Shown here one piece after another: positions 46,935 through 57,187 of a stretch of DNA of 64,000 bases. Location: positions 88,980-152,979 of the forward strand of contig JACOYB010000006.1 in assembly GCA_016182085.1 (NCBI GenBank), written 5' to 3'. Position numbers and translations under genes: made by a program. This DNA is from Candidatus Magasanikiibacteriota bacterium (GTDB lineage: Bacteria; Patescibacteriota; Patescibacteriia; Magasanikbacterales; GWA2-37-8). Each line of letters begins with the position of its first letter. Within the stretch, counting starts at the first letter, position 1. The notes under the pieces are model-generated. The model ran no database searches. It was not told the DNA's origin and worked only from the letters and a program-made list of their open reading frames with translations.

Positions 46935-47699
46935 ATGTATGTGTATATCTACGACAATTTTTTACGTCAAAAAAATTTTCTTCCCATCGTCCACTCCATG
47001 GAAGTCGTACTTACCGACTACGGCATAGCTGGAAAAATTTTACGCTTGCAGAATTACACGGATTGTAAAACTATTATTGAGGATGAGATAAAGCGCGGCG
47101 CCAAAACCATCGTGATTGTTGGCAACGACGCCACGTTTGGACAAATTCTGTCTCGCAGCGCCACCGCCAATTGTACGTTTGGTTTTTTGCCTGTGGGACC
47201 AAACAACACCATTGCCGAAGTCTTGGGCATTCCGGTTGGAGTAGAAGCCTGTACGGTGCTTTCACGCCGCCGCAAAGAGTTTTTGGATGTGGGGTGGATG
47301 AATAACAGATATTTTGTTTCCCAGCTAAAAGTCATGCCTTCTAATTTGGAGGTAGTTTATGATGAGCGATTTAAAGTAACGGCCACTGATAAAATGGAAG
47401 TAATTGTTTGTAATTTGCAGCCATTTTTTTGGAAGCGGGATAAAAAAGATAAAGAACAGCACGTGGTACATCCCCAAGATGGCAAGCTGGAAGCCTTTAT
47501 TAGGCCATTGACAAAAAGCGGCTGGTGGGGATATAAATATGAGGAACCAAGCATTTTTCCCTTTGAAGAAATGATAATTACCGGTCGGGAACCCTTTACC
47601 GTGGAAGCCGACGGAAAGATATCTAAAGAGATTAAGGTAAAAATAAAGCTGGCTCATAGCAAGGTAGAGATGATTGTTGGCAGGGATAGAAAATTTTAA
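46935..47699 (+). CDS. diacylglycerol-kinase-like family protein
   Basis: TIVIVGNDATF, GFLPVGPNNTIAEVLGIP, LDVG, PQDGKLE, EADG. Confidence 0.7.
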   Translation: MYVYIYDNFLRQKNFLPIVHSMEVVLTDYGIAGKILRLQNYTDCKTIIEDEIKRGAKTIVIVGNDATFGQILSRSATANCTFGFLPVGPNNTIAEVLGIPVGVEACTVLSRRRKEFLDVGWMNNRYFVSQLKVMPSNLEVVYDERFKVTATDKMEVIVCNLQPFFWKRDKKDKEQHVVHPQDGKLEAFIRPLTKSGWWGYKYEEPSIFPFEEMIITGREPFTVEADGKISKEIKVKIKLAHSKVEMIVGRDRKF

Positions 47700-47707
47700 A
47701 TATTAAT

Positions 47708-47791
47708 GCCCAGGTGGCGAAATTGGTAGACGCACTACCTTGAGGTGGTAGCTCTCGCAAGGGAATGGAGGTTCGAGTCCTCTCCTGGGCA
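47708..47791 (+). tRNA. tRNA-Leu(GAG), CCA not encoded
   Basis: GCCCAGG/CCTGGGC acceptor stem, GGTAGACGC D-arm, CTACC-TTGAGGT-GGTAG anticodon arm, long variable arm, GGTTCGAGTCC T-arm. Confidence 0.95.
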
Positions 47792-47861
47792 CTGAAGAAG
47801 TCTCTCCTTTAACTTTTTAGAGAAAAGTGCTACTATTTAAGTAGTATTTTTAACATTCTTT

Positions 47862-48104
47862 ATGCGTTATATAATCGGAATTATCATGGTGCTTGTTGGT
47901 ATTTTGTTAGTTCTTAAAACCGAATGGTTCGTTCAAAATTTTGGATCCAATGCCTGGGCCGAAGAACATCTGGGCACGAGCGGCGGCACGCGACTTATGT
48001 ATAAACTTATCGGAATCGCGTTTATATTTTTTGGGTTTTTAGCAATTACCAACTTACATCAAAGTTTCCTGCTTGGAACAATTGGTAAAATTTTTATAAG
48101 ATAA
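47862..48104 (+). CDS. small hypothetical membrane protein
   Basis: two hydrophobic helices flanking FG...WAEEHLG. Confidence 0.7.
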   Translation: MRYIIGIIMVLVGILLVLKTEWFVQNFGSNAWAEEHLGTSGGTRLMYKLIGIAFIFFGFLAITNLHQSFLLGTIGKIFIR

Positions 48105-48140
48105 TTTAGAATATAGAACATAGTTTTAGAATTTAGTCTT

Positions 48141-48689
48141 ATGGCACATTCCGGTACAGCTTTAATTGATCCGTATAAAATTTTTGAAAAAATATCTCTG
48201 TCCCAAGGGCAGCGCGTGGCCGATTTGGGCTGTGGCCGAACGGGCCATTTTGTGTTTCCGGCAGTGAAGGTAGTGGGAGACAAGGGTATAGTCTATGCCG
48301 TAGACGTGGTAAAGAATATTTTAGAAAGCATAAAAAGCCTGGCTCGGAGCGAAGGTTTTGATAACGTACAGACCGTATGGTCTGATATAGAGTTGCCGGG
48401 CAAGACCCCTATCCCGGATGGCTCCCTTGACGTATGTTTTTATGTTAATGTATTATTTCAGCTAAAGAATAAGCAAGCTTCTTTGCAAGAAGGCGCGCGT
48501 ATGTTAAAAAAGGGCGGATACCTGGTGATAGTAGATTGGGCAAAAAAACTCGGCATGCTTGGGCCGTCGCCGGAACTGATGGTTAATCCGGACGAAATAA
48601 CCAGTTTAGCCGCAAAACAGAATTTAAAATTTATAGATAAGTTGCTCCCTGGAGATTATCATTTTTCTTTAATCTTTGAAAAAGTTTAG
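48141..48689 (+). CDS. class I SAM-dependent methyltransferase
   Basis: VADLGCGRTG, VYAVDV, RMLKKGGYLVIVDW. Confidence 0.88.
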   Translation: MAHSGTALIDPYKIFEKISLSQGQRVADLGCGRTGHFVFPAVKVVGDKGIVYAVDVVKNILESIKSLARSEGFDNVQTVWSDIELPGKTPIPDGSLDVCFYVNVLFQLKNKQASLQEGARMLKKGGYLVIVDWAKKLGMLGPSPELMVNPDEITSLAAKQNLKFIDKLLPGDYHFSLIFEKV

Positions 48690-48690
48690 T

Positions 48691-49098
48691 ATGAATATCG
48701 CAAATTTGTTTACGTTGGATTATTGGTTTGGCCAGCCGTTTGCGGCTCAGGGGTCGTCGCTGTGGTTGCTCATCGGCGGATTTTTATTGTGTATCGTAGC
48801 GGGTTTAATTTGTAAAATAGCATCTCAGTTTAAAGAAGAAAAATTTAAAAAAATAATCTTAAAAAGATTAGGTAACTTAGGCACGGTCATGGGTTTTTTG
48901 GGATTGGTGTGGATGTTCTTCCGTCAGGAAGGGGCTGTATTTTTAGCTTGGCGTTTTTGGTTATTATTGTGGCTGGCAGGATTTTTCTGGCGGTTATCAA
49001 TTATAGTGCGTTACATGGTTAAAAGAGTTCCCGATATCAAGCAGGAAGAAGAAAAGCGCGTTCAAATAGAAAAATACTTGCCAAAATCAAATAAATAA
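48691..49098 (+). CDS. hypothetical membrane protein
   Basis: three hydrophobic segments, ends KYLPK; start at ATG 48691. Confidence 0.7.
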   Translation: MNIANLFTLDYWFGQPFAAQGSSLWLLIGGFLLCIVAGLICKIASQFKEEKFKKIILKRLGNLGTVMGFLGLVWMFFRQEGAVFLAWRFWLLLWLAGFFWRLSIIVRYMVKRVPDIKQEEEKRVQIEKYLPKSNK

Positions 49099-49106
49099 AA
49101 AATTTC

Positions 49107-49463
49107 ATGCCAAGGAGGAGAAAAAATTTAGGCGATTGGGGTGAGACACAGGCCTGTAAATTTTTAGAGCGCCACGGATTTAAAATAATTGAACGTAACT
49201 ATCATACAACTATGGGTGAAATAGATGTCATCGCCGCCAAAAGCGATGATTATTATTTTATTGAAGTAAAAACTAGAAGGGACAGCGAACTGGCTCACGA
49301 CGATTCCATTACATATACTAAAAAGAGGCGCATGGCTAAAACAGTTCGCGCTTATTGCTACGCTCGTAATATCAAAGATAAGGCCATTATTATGGCCGGC
49401 TTAATTACGCAAGTGAAGCAGGCAGAAAAGAAGGTGGGCTTTAGATTTTATGTTATTTCCTAG
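49107..49463 (+). CDS. YraN/UPF0102-family PD-(D/E)xK protein
   Basis: LGDWGE, IIERNY..GEIDVIA, FIEVKTR. Confidence 0.88.
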   Translation: MPRRRKNLGDWGETQACKFLERHGFKIIERNYHTTMGEIDVIAAKSDDYYFIEVKTRRDSELAHDDSITYTKKRRMAKTVRAYCYARNIKDKAIIMAGLITQVKQAEKKVGFRFYVIS

Positions 49464-49544
49464 CTTTGGTGCGGGGTTGACTTTTTATCTGTTTTAGACT
49501 ATTATTAAACAAATTAAATCTTATTAACCACTAAAGAATTTATT

Positions 49545-50147
49545 ATGACTCACCCTTCCGCAGAAAGAACGTTTGTGATGATCAAACCCGATGGCGTGCA
49601 GCGTGGTTTGGTTGGAGAAATTTTAAAAAGAATAGAGCGAGTTGGTTTAAAGATTAGCGCTTTAAAAATGGTAGTGCCCACCGAAGAGCAGTGCTGGACC
49701 CATTACAATAAAGACGAAGCTTGGTTTCTTAAAAAAGGCGAGCGTACTATAAACGATCGCCAATCATTAGGACTTCTGGTGGATAAGGAAGCTATAGAAT
49801 ATGGCAAAGATATCGTGCGAGCACTCGTAAAATTCATGACTTCCGGACCAGTGGTTGCTATGGTGCTTTCTGGAAATCAGGCTGTGGGTATTGTGACAAA
49901 ATTAGTAGGCGGCACCGAACCGCTTACTTCCGATGTTGGTACAATTCGCGGTGATTTTACTTTGGATTCATATAACCTTTCCAGCCAAGACGAGCGCGCC
50001 GTACGAAATTTAATCCACTGTTCCGATAAGCCGGAAGAAGCCGAGCGAGAAATGAAAATCTGGTTTAAACCGGAAGAAATCATCGGTTACCGTCAGTTAA
50101 ATGAAGAGATACTGTACGACGTGAACTTGGATGGAATCTTGGAATAA
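49545..50147 (+). CDS. ndk: nucleoside diphosphate kinase
   Basis: ERTFVMIKPDGVQRGL, FMTSGPVV, GTIRGDF, NLIHCSD; promoter TTGACT-17-TATTAT upstream. Confidence 0.93.
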   Translation: MTHPSAERTFVMIKPDGVQRGLVGEILKRIERVGLKISALKMVVPTEEQCWTHYNKDEAWFLKKGERTINDRQSLGLLVDKEAIEYGKDIVRALVKFMTSGPVVAMVLSGNQAVGIVTKLVGGTEPLTSDVGTIRGDFTLDSYNLSSQDERAVRNLIHCSDKPEEAEREMKIWFKPEEIIGYRQLNEEILYDVNLDGILE

Positions 50148-50151
50148 TAAC

Positions 50152-50183
50152 AAAAAATACCCCTCATATGGGGTGTTTTTTTA
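50152..50183 (+). terminator. intrinsic terminator after ndk
   Basis: aaaaaatacccc-tcatat-ggggtgtttttt. Confidence 0.65.
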
Positions 50184-50248
50184 TTGAAAAACCGGTAAAA
50201 TAGAGATATAATAGGAACCCGTTTAAGATGGGTATTTGCTGTAATTTT

Positions 50249-51976
50249 ATGATTAAAAAAGAGAATGATAAATCATTACGAGTTGCTTCAGTGTTAATAT
50301 TATTAGGAGCGTTTGCGATCGTCGTACGATTGTTTGTTCTGCAATTTGTTGAACATACATATTACTTAGCTCTGGCTGCAAGTAACTATGAAATTTACGA
50401 ACAACTCTATCCGCATCGCGGCAGTATTTTTTTTCAAGATACCCGCGGTAATCATAAAGAATATGCGGCTGCCGTAAATCGCCAGTATTATTCCGTTTAC
50501 GCGGTGCCGCGCGACGTGCCGGCTGACACCCTCGCTTCCACAACCAATTTTTTGGCCGGTATCCTTAATTTTTCTGACGAAGAAAAAAATAGTTTGGCCA
50601 TGAAGCTGGCAAAGAAGAATGATCCGTATGAGCCAATTGCTAAAAAAATTCATGAAGACCTCAAGGATATAATCCAATCGGCCGGTTTGCCGGGAATATA
50701 CACGACCGGACAGGAGTTTAGATATTATCCGGAGGGCAACTTGGCCGCCAATGTCTTGGGGTTTACGGCCCAGGATGATAAGGGTCAATTATTGGGACGC
50801 TATGGCATAGAGGGTTTTTGGGACAGTACCCTCACCGGTAAAAGCGGTTTTTTGGCAGGTGAAAAAGGGGCGCTGGGCAGTATTATATCTGTTGCCAATC
50901 GCACCTTAAAACCAGCCGAAGATGGCGCTGGCTTGCTCCTGACAATAGATAGAAATTTGCAATATAAAGCTTGCCAGCGTCTACAGGAAGGATTTATTCA
51001 GCATCAAGCCAGGAGCGCGGCTTTAGTGCTTATGAATCCAAAAACCGGCGCTGTACTTGCGATGTGCAGTTTGCCGGATTTTGATCCGAATAATTATTCC
51101 AATGTCGGCGATGTAAGCACCTATAATAACACGACTGTGTTTACTCCCTATGAACCAGGTTCGGTATTTAAGCCGCTCATTATGTCGGTAGCGCTGGATT
51201 TGGATTTGGTAAGTCCATTTACTACCTACGTTGATACGGGTGAGCGAGTTATAAATGGATACCATATCCGCAATGCCCTAGAGAAGGTTTACGGTCTTTC
51301 CACGATGACAAAAGTTTTGGAAAGTTCCATAAATACCGGTATGATCTGGGTGGCGGAAAAAATTGGCCGCGAGCGTTTTAAGGAATACGTGGCCACATTT
51401 GGTTTTGGCCAGAAAACCGGTATTGGTTTAGATACGGAAAGTTCAGGTAATATTGCCAGCCTTGATCAGAGGGCTGAAGTAAATATGGCCGCCGCGTCCT
51501 TTGGGCAGGGGCTGACAGCTACGCCGATTCAACTCGCAACCGCATATTCGGCGCTCGCAAACGAAGGCAAAATGCCCAAGCCATATATTGTGGAAGAAAT
51601 ACGACATCCGAGCGGTCAGGTTGAAAAAACCGAACCGCAGACCGAGGTTGTAATTTCTGCCAGTACTGCTAAACTGATTACGGCCATGCTTATATCGGTA
51701 GTGGAAAAAACATACGCGGCTTCGGCAGGTATGAAAAATTATTTTGTGGCTGCTAAAACCGGTACGGCTCAAATTCCGGAAAAGGGCGGTTATAAAAAAG
51801 ACGAAACTAACCACACATTTGTCGGGTATTTTCCAGCCAAGAATCCGCAGTTTGTATTGCTGGTAAAATACGAAGCGCCAAAACAAAATTGGGCCGAATC
51901 CACAGCCGCGCCCGTATTTAAAGATATAGCTAAATTTACCTTGGATTATTACGGCACCCCAGGAGATAAAAATTAA
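50249..51976 (+). CDS. class B penicillin-binding protein (FtsI/PBP2-like)
   Basis: N-terminal TM, RGSI, RYYP, YEPGSVFK (SxxK), SIN, KTGTAQ. Confidence 0.9.
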   Translation: MIKKENDKSLRVASVLILLGAFAIVVRLFVLQFVEHTYYLALAASNYEIYEQLYPHRGSIFFQDTRGNHKEYAAAVNRQYYSVYAVPRDVPADTLASTTNFLAGILNFSDEEKNSLAMKLAKKNDPYEPIAKKIHEDLKDIIQSAGLPGIYTTGQEFRYYPEGNLAANVLGFTAQDDKGQLLGRYGIEGFWDSTLTGKSGFLAGEKGALGSIISVANRTLKPAEDGAGLLLTIDRNLQYKACQRLQEGFIQHQARSAALVLMNPKTGAVLAMCSLPDFDPNNYSNVGDVSTYNNTTVFTPYEPGSVFKPLIMSVALDLDLVSPFTTYVDTGERVINGYHIRNALEKVYGLSTMTKVLESSINTGMIWVAEKIGRERFKEYVATFGFGQKTGIGLDTESSGNIASLDQRAEVNMAAASFGQGLTATPIQLATAYSALANEGKMPKPYIVEEIRHPSGQVEKTEPQTEVVISASTAKLITAMLISVVEKTYAASAGMKNYFVAAKTGTAQIPEKGGYKKDETNHTFVGYFPAKNPQFVLLVKYEAPKQNWAESTAAPVFKDIAKFTLDYYGTPGDKN

Positions 51977-52039
51977 TTTGCCACGCGTCAAATTGCGTTG
52001 CACGAGATAATTATGGTTTAATCAATTTCGTTCAATCAT

Positions 52040-53329
52040 ATGCTTAAATCATGGCTGCAATATTTATTGGCAAAACTATCAAAGCAAATCCTTAAAAAAT
52101 ATAAACCGGATATTGTTGGTATTACCGGTTCAGTGGGAAAAACCTCTAGCAAGGAAGCGGTCGCGGTCGTGCTGGAAGTTAAGTTTTCCGTTCGCCGCAC
52201 GACTAAAAATTATAATAATGAGATAGGCGTACCCCTAACCATCATTGGCGTAGAAAAAACACCTGGTAAATCAATCCTGGGTTGGCTTAGCGTAATTATT
52301 AAAGCAAAGAAACTACTCTGGCAGCGAGATCCAAGCTATCCGGAAGTTTTGGTTTTGGAAATGGGCGCTGACAAACCGGGTGATATTGAATATTTAACCG
52401 AACTTGCCCCATGCAAAGTAGGAGTTCTTACCTTTATCTCTCATGCCCACACGGAATTTTTTAAGACTATTAAAAAAATCGCTCAAGAAAAAAGAATTAT
52501 TATTTCCCATCTCAAGCAAGATGGGTTTGCGGTGCTTAATTTTGATAATGATTTGGTGATGCAAAATAGCAATATGACCAAAGCCGAAGTTGTAACCTAC
52601 GGTTTTAAAGACGGAGCCGATTTGAGAGCTACGGACGTTAATATTATAAAAGATGAAGCGAGCGGTTGGCCCGCTGGTTTAAATTTTAAAGTTTTATATA
52701 AAGGCAGCGTGGTGCCGGTATTTTTACCCGGCGTTATTTCTAAATCAGTTATTTCAGCCGCCCTGTCGGGTTTGGCGGTGGGCACGGTATTTGGCGTGAA
52801 TTTAGTAGAGGGCGCGCAGGCGCTTAGCAATTTGGAAGGTATGCCTAGTCGTATGCGGCTTATTGAAGGGATTAAACATACCTTAATTATAGATGATTCA
52901 TATAATTCCAGCCCAGAAGCAGCTAGGGCTGCAGTAGAAACATTAGGCCAGCTTGAACTCAAAGACGGGGCCAGGCGGTATGTAGCTTTGGGAGATATGT
53001 TAGAGTTAGGTTCAGAAACTGAAAATACTCACCGCGAGCTGGGGTTTAAGGTGGCAGAATTAGGATTGGATTTTTTAATAACCGTGGGGGAAGCGGCTAA
53101 ATATATTGCCGCCGCCGCGCAAGAAGCCGGACTAGACCAGGATAAAATAGCTTCATTTGCGAGCAGTGTAGAAGCCGGCAAATTTTTGCAGGAAAAAATA
53201 AAAGAAGGCGATGTGGTGCTCGTAAAGGGATCGCAAGGGGTGCGGATGGAAAAAATAGTTAAAGAAATAATGGCTGAACCGTTGCAAGCGCCCGTTTTGC
53301 TTTGTCGCCAGAGTAAGGAGTGGGAATAG
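52040..53329 (+). CDS. murF: UDP-MurNAc-tripeptide--D-Ala-D-Ala ligase
   Basis: GITGSVGKTS, NNEIGVP, LEMG, DDSYNSSP, LGDMLELG, LVKGSQG. Confidence 0.92.
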   Translation: MLKSWLQYLLAKLSKQILKKYKPDIVGITGSVGKTSSKEAVAVVLEVKFSVRRTTKNYNNEIGVPLTIIGVEKTPGKSILGWLSVIIKAKKLLWQRDPSYPEVLVLEMGADKPGDIEYLTELAPCKVGVLTFISHAHTEFFKTIKKIAQEKRIIISHLKQDGFAVLNFDNDLVMQNSNMTKAEVVTYGFKDGADLRATDVNIIKDEASGWPAGLNFKVLYKGSVVPVFLPGVISKSVISAALSGLAVGTVFGVNLVEGAQALSNLEGMPSRMRLIEGIKHTLIIDDSYNSSPEAARAAVETLGQLELKDGARRYVALGDMLELGSETENTHRELGFKVAELGLDFLITVGEAAKYIAAAAQEAGLDQDKIASFASSVEAGKFLQEKIKEGDVVLVKGSQGVRMEKIVKEIMAEPLQAPVLLCRQSKEWE

Positions 53330-53335
53330 AAAGGT

Positions 53336-54199
53336 ATGCCGGAACTTCCAGAGGTGGAAACAATTAGACGCGATCTGCTGCCCGTACTTATTGGTAAAAA
53401 AATAACCGGTGTCAGCGTGCTGCACAAAGCGCCCATTAAAGACGGAGTAAAAAAATTTCAAGCGGCGCTGCGATATAAAACCATACGAGGTATTGAGCGA
53501 ATCGGAAAACTTTTGATGTTTGATTTGTCAGACGGTAATTTTTTGTTGATACATTTAAAAATGACCGGTCAGCTTGTTTACGAGTACGACAAAAAGTTTG
53601 TGGCCGGAGGTCATAGCTTCTCATCATTTGACGCCGCAGCCTTACCCGATAGGTATACCTGGGTGGTAGTGCGTTTTAACGATGGATCAAGTTTATACTT
53701 TAATGACATGCGTAAGTTTGGATATTTAAAAATTGTTGATATAAAACAAAAAGAAAAAATTATGGCCGGCTATGGCGCGGAGCCGTTAACCAAATATTTT
53801 ACATTAAAAAATTTTTTCAATATTTTGGAAAGAAGAAACGCGCCGATAAAATCGGTTTTACTTAACCAGTCGCTGATAGCCGGTATTGGAAATATCTATG
53901 CCGATGAAATTTGTTTTGAAGCTGGTATTTTTCCCGGTACCAAGGCGAATCGTTTAAGCATTGTGGAAAAAAATAAACTGTTTAAGGCTATTAATAAAAT
54001 TTTAAAAAAAGCCATAAAGTACAAAGGCACGACATTTAAAACATATATTGGCGCTGGTGGAAGAAAAGGCAATTTTTCGGATTTTTTACGCGTGTATCAA
54101 AAAGATGGAGAGTCGTGCACGCGTTGCCGTAAAGCTATAATTATAGTCAAGAAAATTGGCGGCCGCAGTTCGCGCTATTGTCCGGTTTGTCAAAAGTGA
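53336..54199 (+). CDS. mutM: formamidopyrimidine-DNA glycosylase
   Basis: MPELPEVET, HLKMTG, AGIGNIYADE, C-terminal CTRC..CPVCQ zinc finger. Confidence 0.96.
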   Translation: MPELPEVETIRRDLLPVLIGKKITGVSVLHKAPIKDGVKKFQAALRYKTIRGIERIGKLLMFDLSDGNFLLIHLKMTGQLVYEYDKKFVAGGHSFSSFDAAALPDRYTWVVVRFNDGSSLYFNDMRKFGYLKIVDIKQKEKIMAGYGAEPLTKYFTLKNFFNILERRNAPIKSVLLNQSLIAGIGNIYADEICFEAGIFPGTKANRLSIVEKNKLFKAINKILKKAIKYKGTTFKTYIGAGGRKGNFSDFLRVYQKDGESCTRCRKAIIIVKKIGGRSSRYCPVCQK

Positions 54200-54233
54200 T
54201 ACAATACGATCAATTTTCAAGAGGGAGGCGCGC

Positions 54234-54356
54234 ATGATCAGCCAAGAGACAATGGAGAGATTGGACAAGACAGTTACGTTTGTCTGGATCACAGGGTTTG
54301 TCATAGGCTACTTTGCCTGGTCCATGTATAGACCGCGGTTGTGGACTAGGCGGTAG
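54234..54356 (+). CDS. putative 40-aa single-TM small protein
   Basis: TGaTACAAT -10 and GGGAGG SD upstream; hydrophobic core; 3' hairpin gcgctccga...tcggagcgc. Confidence 0.5.
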   Translation: MISQETMERLDKTVTFVWITGFVIGYFAWSMYRPRLWTRR

Positions 54357-54477
54357 CTATTCACGGTACTTGCGCAAGCAGAGCGCTCCGACCTATAATC
54401 GGAGCGCGCGTTATTTATTATTGTAATTTCTTTGCTTTTAACAAAATCTTGTGATATTATAAAATTAATTTTGAGCT

Positions 54478-54903
54478 ATGTTTAATGATCAGTTAAAAAA
54501 AATTTCTTTTTCTGTTTCGCCAGGTAATCAGGCTGATTTTCTATATACAAAAAATCAAATGGGGGAGCATGCGGCCGAAGGGCAGTTAGCGGTGGATGTG
54601 GCGCAGACGGAGGATGAGCTCGTAATAGTCGCGGCTATGGCCGGCACCAAACCCGAACATATTCAGTTGCATTTACACAATGATCTGCTCACAATCCGCG
54701 GCGAGCGTTTTTCTCCGGTTGGATTATCCGGAGAACATTTTTATGAGGAGTGCTACTGGGGGAAGTTTTCACGCAGCATTATTCTGCCAATAGACGTTAA
54801 GGCCGAGCTGGCTCAAGCGCAATATAATAACGGTGTCTTAGTTATACGGCTGCCTAAAGCAAATCGCAATACAAATATTCCTATTATGGTGGTAGAAGAC
54901 TAA
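54478..54903 (+). CDS. Hsp20/alpha-crystallin small heat-shock protein
   Basis: LAVDV, LLTIRGER, ECYWGKFSRSIILP, NGVLVIRLPK. Confidence 0.92.
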   Translation: MFNDQLKKISFSVSPGNQADFLYTKNQMGEHAAEGQLAVDVAQTEDELVIVAAMAGTKPEHIQLHLHNDLLTIRGERFSPVGLSGEHFYEECYWGKFSRSIILPIDVKAELAQAQYNNGVLVIRLPKANRNTNIPIMVVED

Positions 54904-54912
54904 GCCGCGCAT

Positions 54913-56844
54913 ATGCCTAAGGATTTTCAAGAACAAGTAAAGCAGATTATTCCAATTCAGGAAAAGAAACGATGGCCTCAAAAATTAATGATCGGGGCCG
55001 GTATTTTTTTATTTGTAATCGTAATTCTTTTTAGTGGAAGTTGGGCATATGCCAGACTCTATAAAGGTAGGATTTATCCGGGGGTATATCTTGGCAGTCA
55101 TCATTTTGGCGGCCTTACCAGACAAGAAGCCAAAGATTTTATTGAAAATTTCAACAACCGAATGGTTAAGGAAAATCTGGATTTTAATTTTTCCAAAGAT
55201 AATGGCGCGCAAAATTTTAAATTAAGCGTAGTTTCAGTTGATGACAGTTCGGTGGAGATGGTGCGGGTAGATAGCGACAGTTCAGCGGATAAACTAATGG
55301 CAGCGGGCAGGTCAAATAATTTTTTTACAAATGTACTGCGCCCGATAAGGATTCTTTTTTCAAAGTTTAAGGGGAAGGCGGATGTGGCCATTGAAGATCG
55401 GTTTATTTCTAGCCTGGAGGATTATTTGACGCCATTTAGCGACATGCCGCGCAATGCTAATGTTAAAATTACAGATCTTTCCGCACTGGCCTACTCCGTT
55501 GAAAAAGAAAAAAGCGGGTATGTCTTTGATTATGAAGAGTTACGTTCCCGGTTGCAAGATCAGATTTTTATGTTGTCGCTCGCGCCGCTTACTGTCAATA
55601 AAAAACAATTTAACCCAGACGTGTTTGAGCCGGATTTAGCGCCCCTCATACCAAAACTTGGAGAAATATTTAATTACGGCGATCTGGGACTAAATTATAC
55701 GGATCCGCAAACGGGTGCCAAGCGTGATTGGAGTATTGGTCCGACTATATATTCCCAGTGGTTGGAAGCGCGCCGAGAAAATGGAGAGCCGGTATTTGCG
55801 TTAAATAGAGAAAAAGTAAAAAGCTATTTGGAAACTTTGCGCCCCGATATAGATGTTCCGGCCAAGGATGCAAAATTTGTTATGGAGAATGATAAAGTAA
55901 AAGAATTTCAAGCCCACCAATCAGGCATCAGTTTGAATGAAGAAAAGACATATCATGATCTGGATGCAATATTTAGAGAAAGAAATTATAGGCCGGCGGA
56001 ACTGGCAAAGACAATTACAGTTTCAACAGATATTGTGGAGCCGAATATTTTAATATCAAACCTCAATGATTTAGGTATTATGGAGATAGTGGGAGTGGGA
56101 TTGTCAACATTTAGAGATAGCCATACCAATCGTATAAAAAATATTGCTAATGCGGTGAAACGATTGAATGGCACTTTAATTAAGCCGGATGAAGAGTTTT
56201 CGGCCAATAAATATGCCGGTCCATACACGACTGCGAATGGATTTTTGCCGGAGCAGGTGATAAAAGGAAATAAAATAACACCCGAAGTTGGCGGCGGCAT
56301 GTGTCAAATTGGCACGACGCTATTTAGAGGGGCCATGAATTCAGGTATGCCAATTACCGAACGCCGCAATCATTCGTTGGTTGTAGGCTATTATGCCGAC
56401 CCGGTAAATGGAAACCCGGGAACTGATGCGACGCTATATGAACCGAGCGTTGATTTTAAATTCAAAAATGACACGGGTAATTATTTGCTTTTACAAACTT
56501 CTATAGATTATAAAAAACAAGAACTCGTCTTTACATTTTGGGGTAAAAGCGATGGGCGAAAAGGTTCTTACACTCATCCCAAGGTTAGTAAATGGATTCC
56601 AGTGGGCGAACCGCAGGAAGTGGTAGTTACCACTTTAAAACCAGGTGAACGTAAATGTCAAAATGCGTTCCGCGGCGCGGTGGCATCTTTTACCTATACC
56701 GTAATTAACCCAGCCGGCGAGAAAATCGAACGTGTGTTTGATAGTTATTATAGACCGTTATCGCAGATCTGTATGGTTGGGGCGCCGCTGGCTACGACCA
56801 CCCCGGCGGCAGACGCGCCGCTGGAAGTCAGTGATAGTATTTAA
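54913..56844 (+). CDS. VanW-family protein with N-terminal TM and PG_binding_4-like region
   Basis: IYPGV, NRIKNI, GGGMCQIGTTLFR, ERRNHS, GTDAT, DFKFKNDT. Confidence 0.88.
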   Translation: MPKDFQEQVKQIIPIQEKKRWPQKLMIGAGIFLFVIVILFSGSWAYARLYKGRIYPGVYLGSHHFGGLTRQEAKDFIENFNNRMVKENLDFNFSKDNGAQNFKLSVVSVDDSSVEMVRVDSDSSADKLMAAGRSNNFFTNVLRPIRILFSKFKGKADVAIEDRFISSLEDYLTPFSDMPRNANVKITDLSALAYSVEKEKSGYVFDYEELRSRLQDQIFMLSLAPLTVNKKQFNPDVFEPDLAPLIPKLGEIFNYGDLGLNYTDPQTGAKRDWSIGPTIYSQWLEARRENGEPVFALNREKVKSYLETLRPDIDVPAKDAKFVMENDKVKEFQAHQSGISLNEEKTYHDLDAIFRERNYRPAELAKTITVSTDIVEPNILISNLNDLGIMEIVGVGLSTFRDSHTNRIKNIANAVKRLNGTLIKPDEEFSANKYAGPYTTANGFLPEQVIKGNKITPEVGGGMCQIGTTLFRGAMNSGMPITERRNHSLVVGYYADPVNGNPGTDATLYEPSVDFKFKNDTGNYLLLQTSIDYKKQELVFTFWGKSDGRKGSYTHPKVSKWIPVGEPQEVVVTTLKPGERKCQNAFRGAVASFTYTVINPAGEKIERVFDSYYRPLSQICMVGAPLATTTPAADAPLEVSDSI

Positions 56845-56855
56845 AATTTTTTCTA

Positions 56856-56898
56856 AAAAAATCCACCCCCGACGAGATGTCGGGGGTGGTTAATTTTT
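56856..56898. terminator. bidirectional intrinsic terminator
   Basis: aaaaaaatccacccccgac-gagat-gtcgggggtggttaattttt. Confidence 0.8.
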
Positions 56899-57182
56899 GT
56901 TGAGGGAAGTTACTCCCCCTTAAACCGCACCCAAGAAGATGTATTAAAGAAGAAAACGAGCCGAAGCCTGTTGTTCCCTCTAACACACCTCCATGCTTGT
57001 CGTGGATACGGGATGATACATGTTAGCGTAACGTTTAGATCTCTACCATGCACTACCCGCTTCCACTCTTTGCCAGTAGTAATTTTACTACCAGGAGGGG
57101 TTATTTGCCCCGCAGCGAACCTAAGTTCTTCTGCCGAGGTTATCCGATACCTACTAACTTGGGGTATCTATATTTAGATAAC
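56860..57182 (-). ncRNA. candidate structured non-coding RNA (~320 nt), family unassigned
   Basis: perfect promoter upstream, terminator downstream, several hairpins, no minus-strand ORF of 60 aa or more. Confidence 0.45.
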
Positions 57183-57187
57183 GCTGA

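Noticed and set aside
47708-47791. tRNA-Leu as an integration site for an island or prophage
   Set aside because: No integrase and no duplicated tRNA 3' end were noticed; the flanking genes are ordinary.
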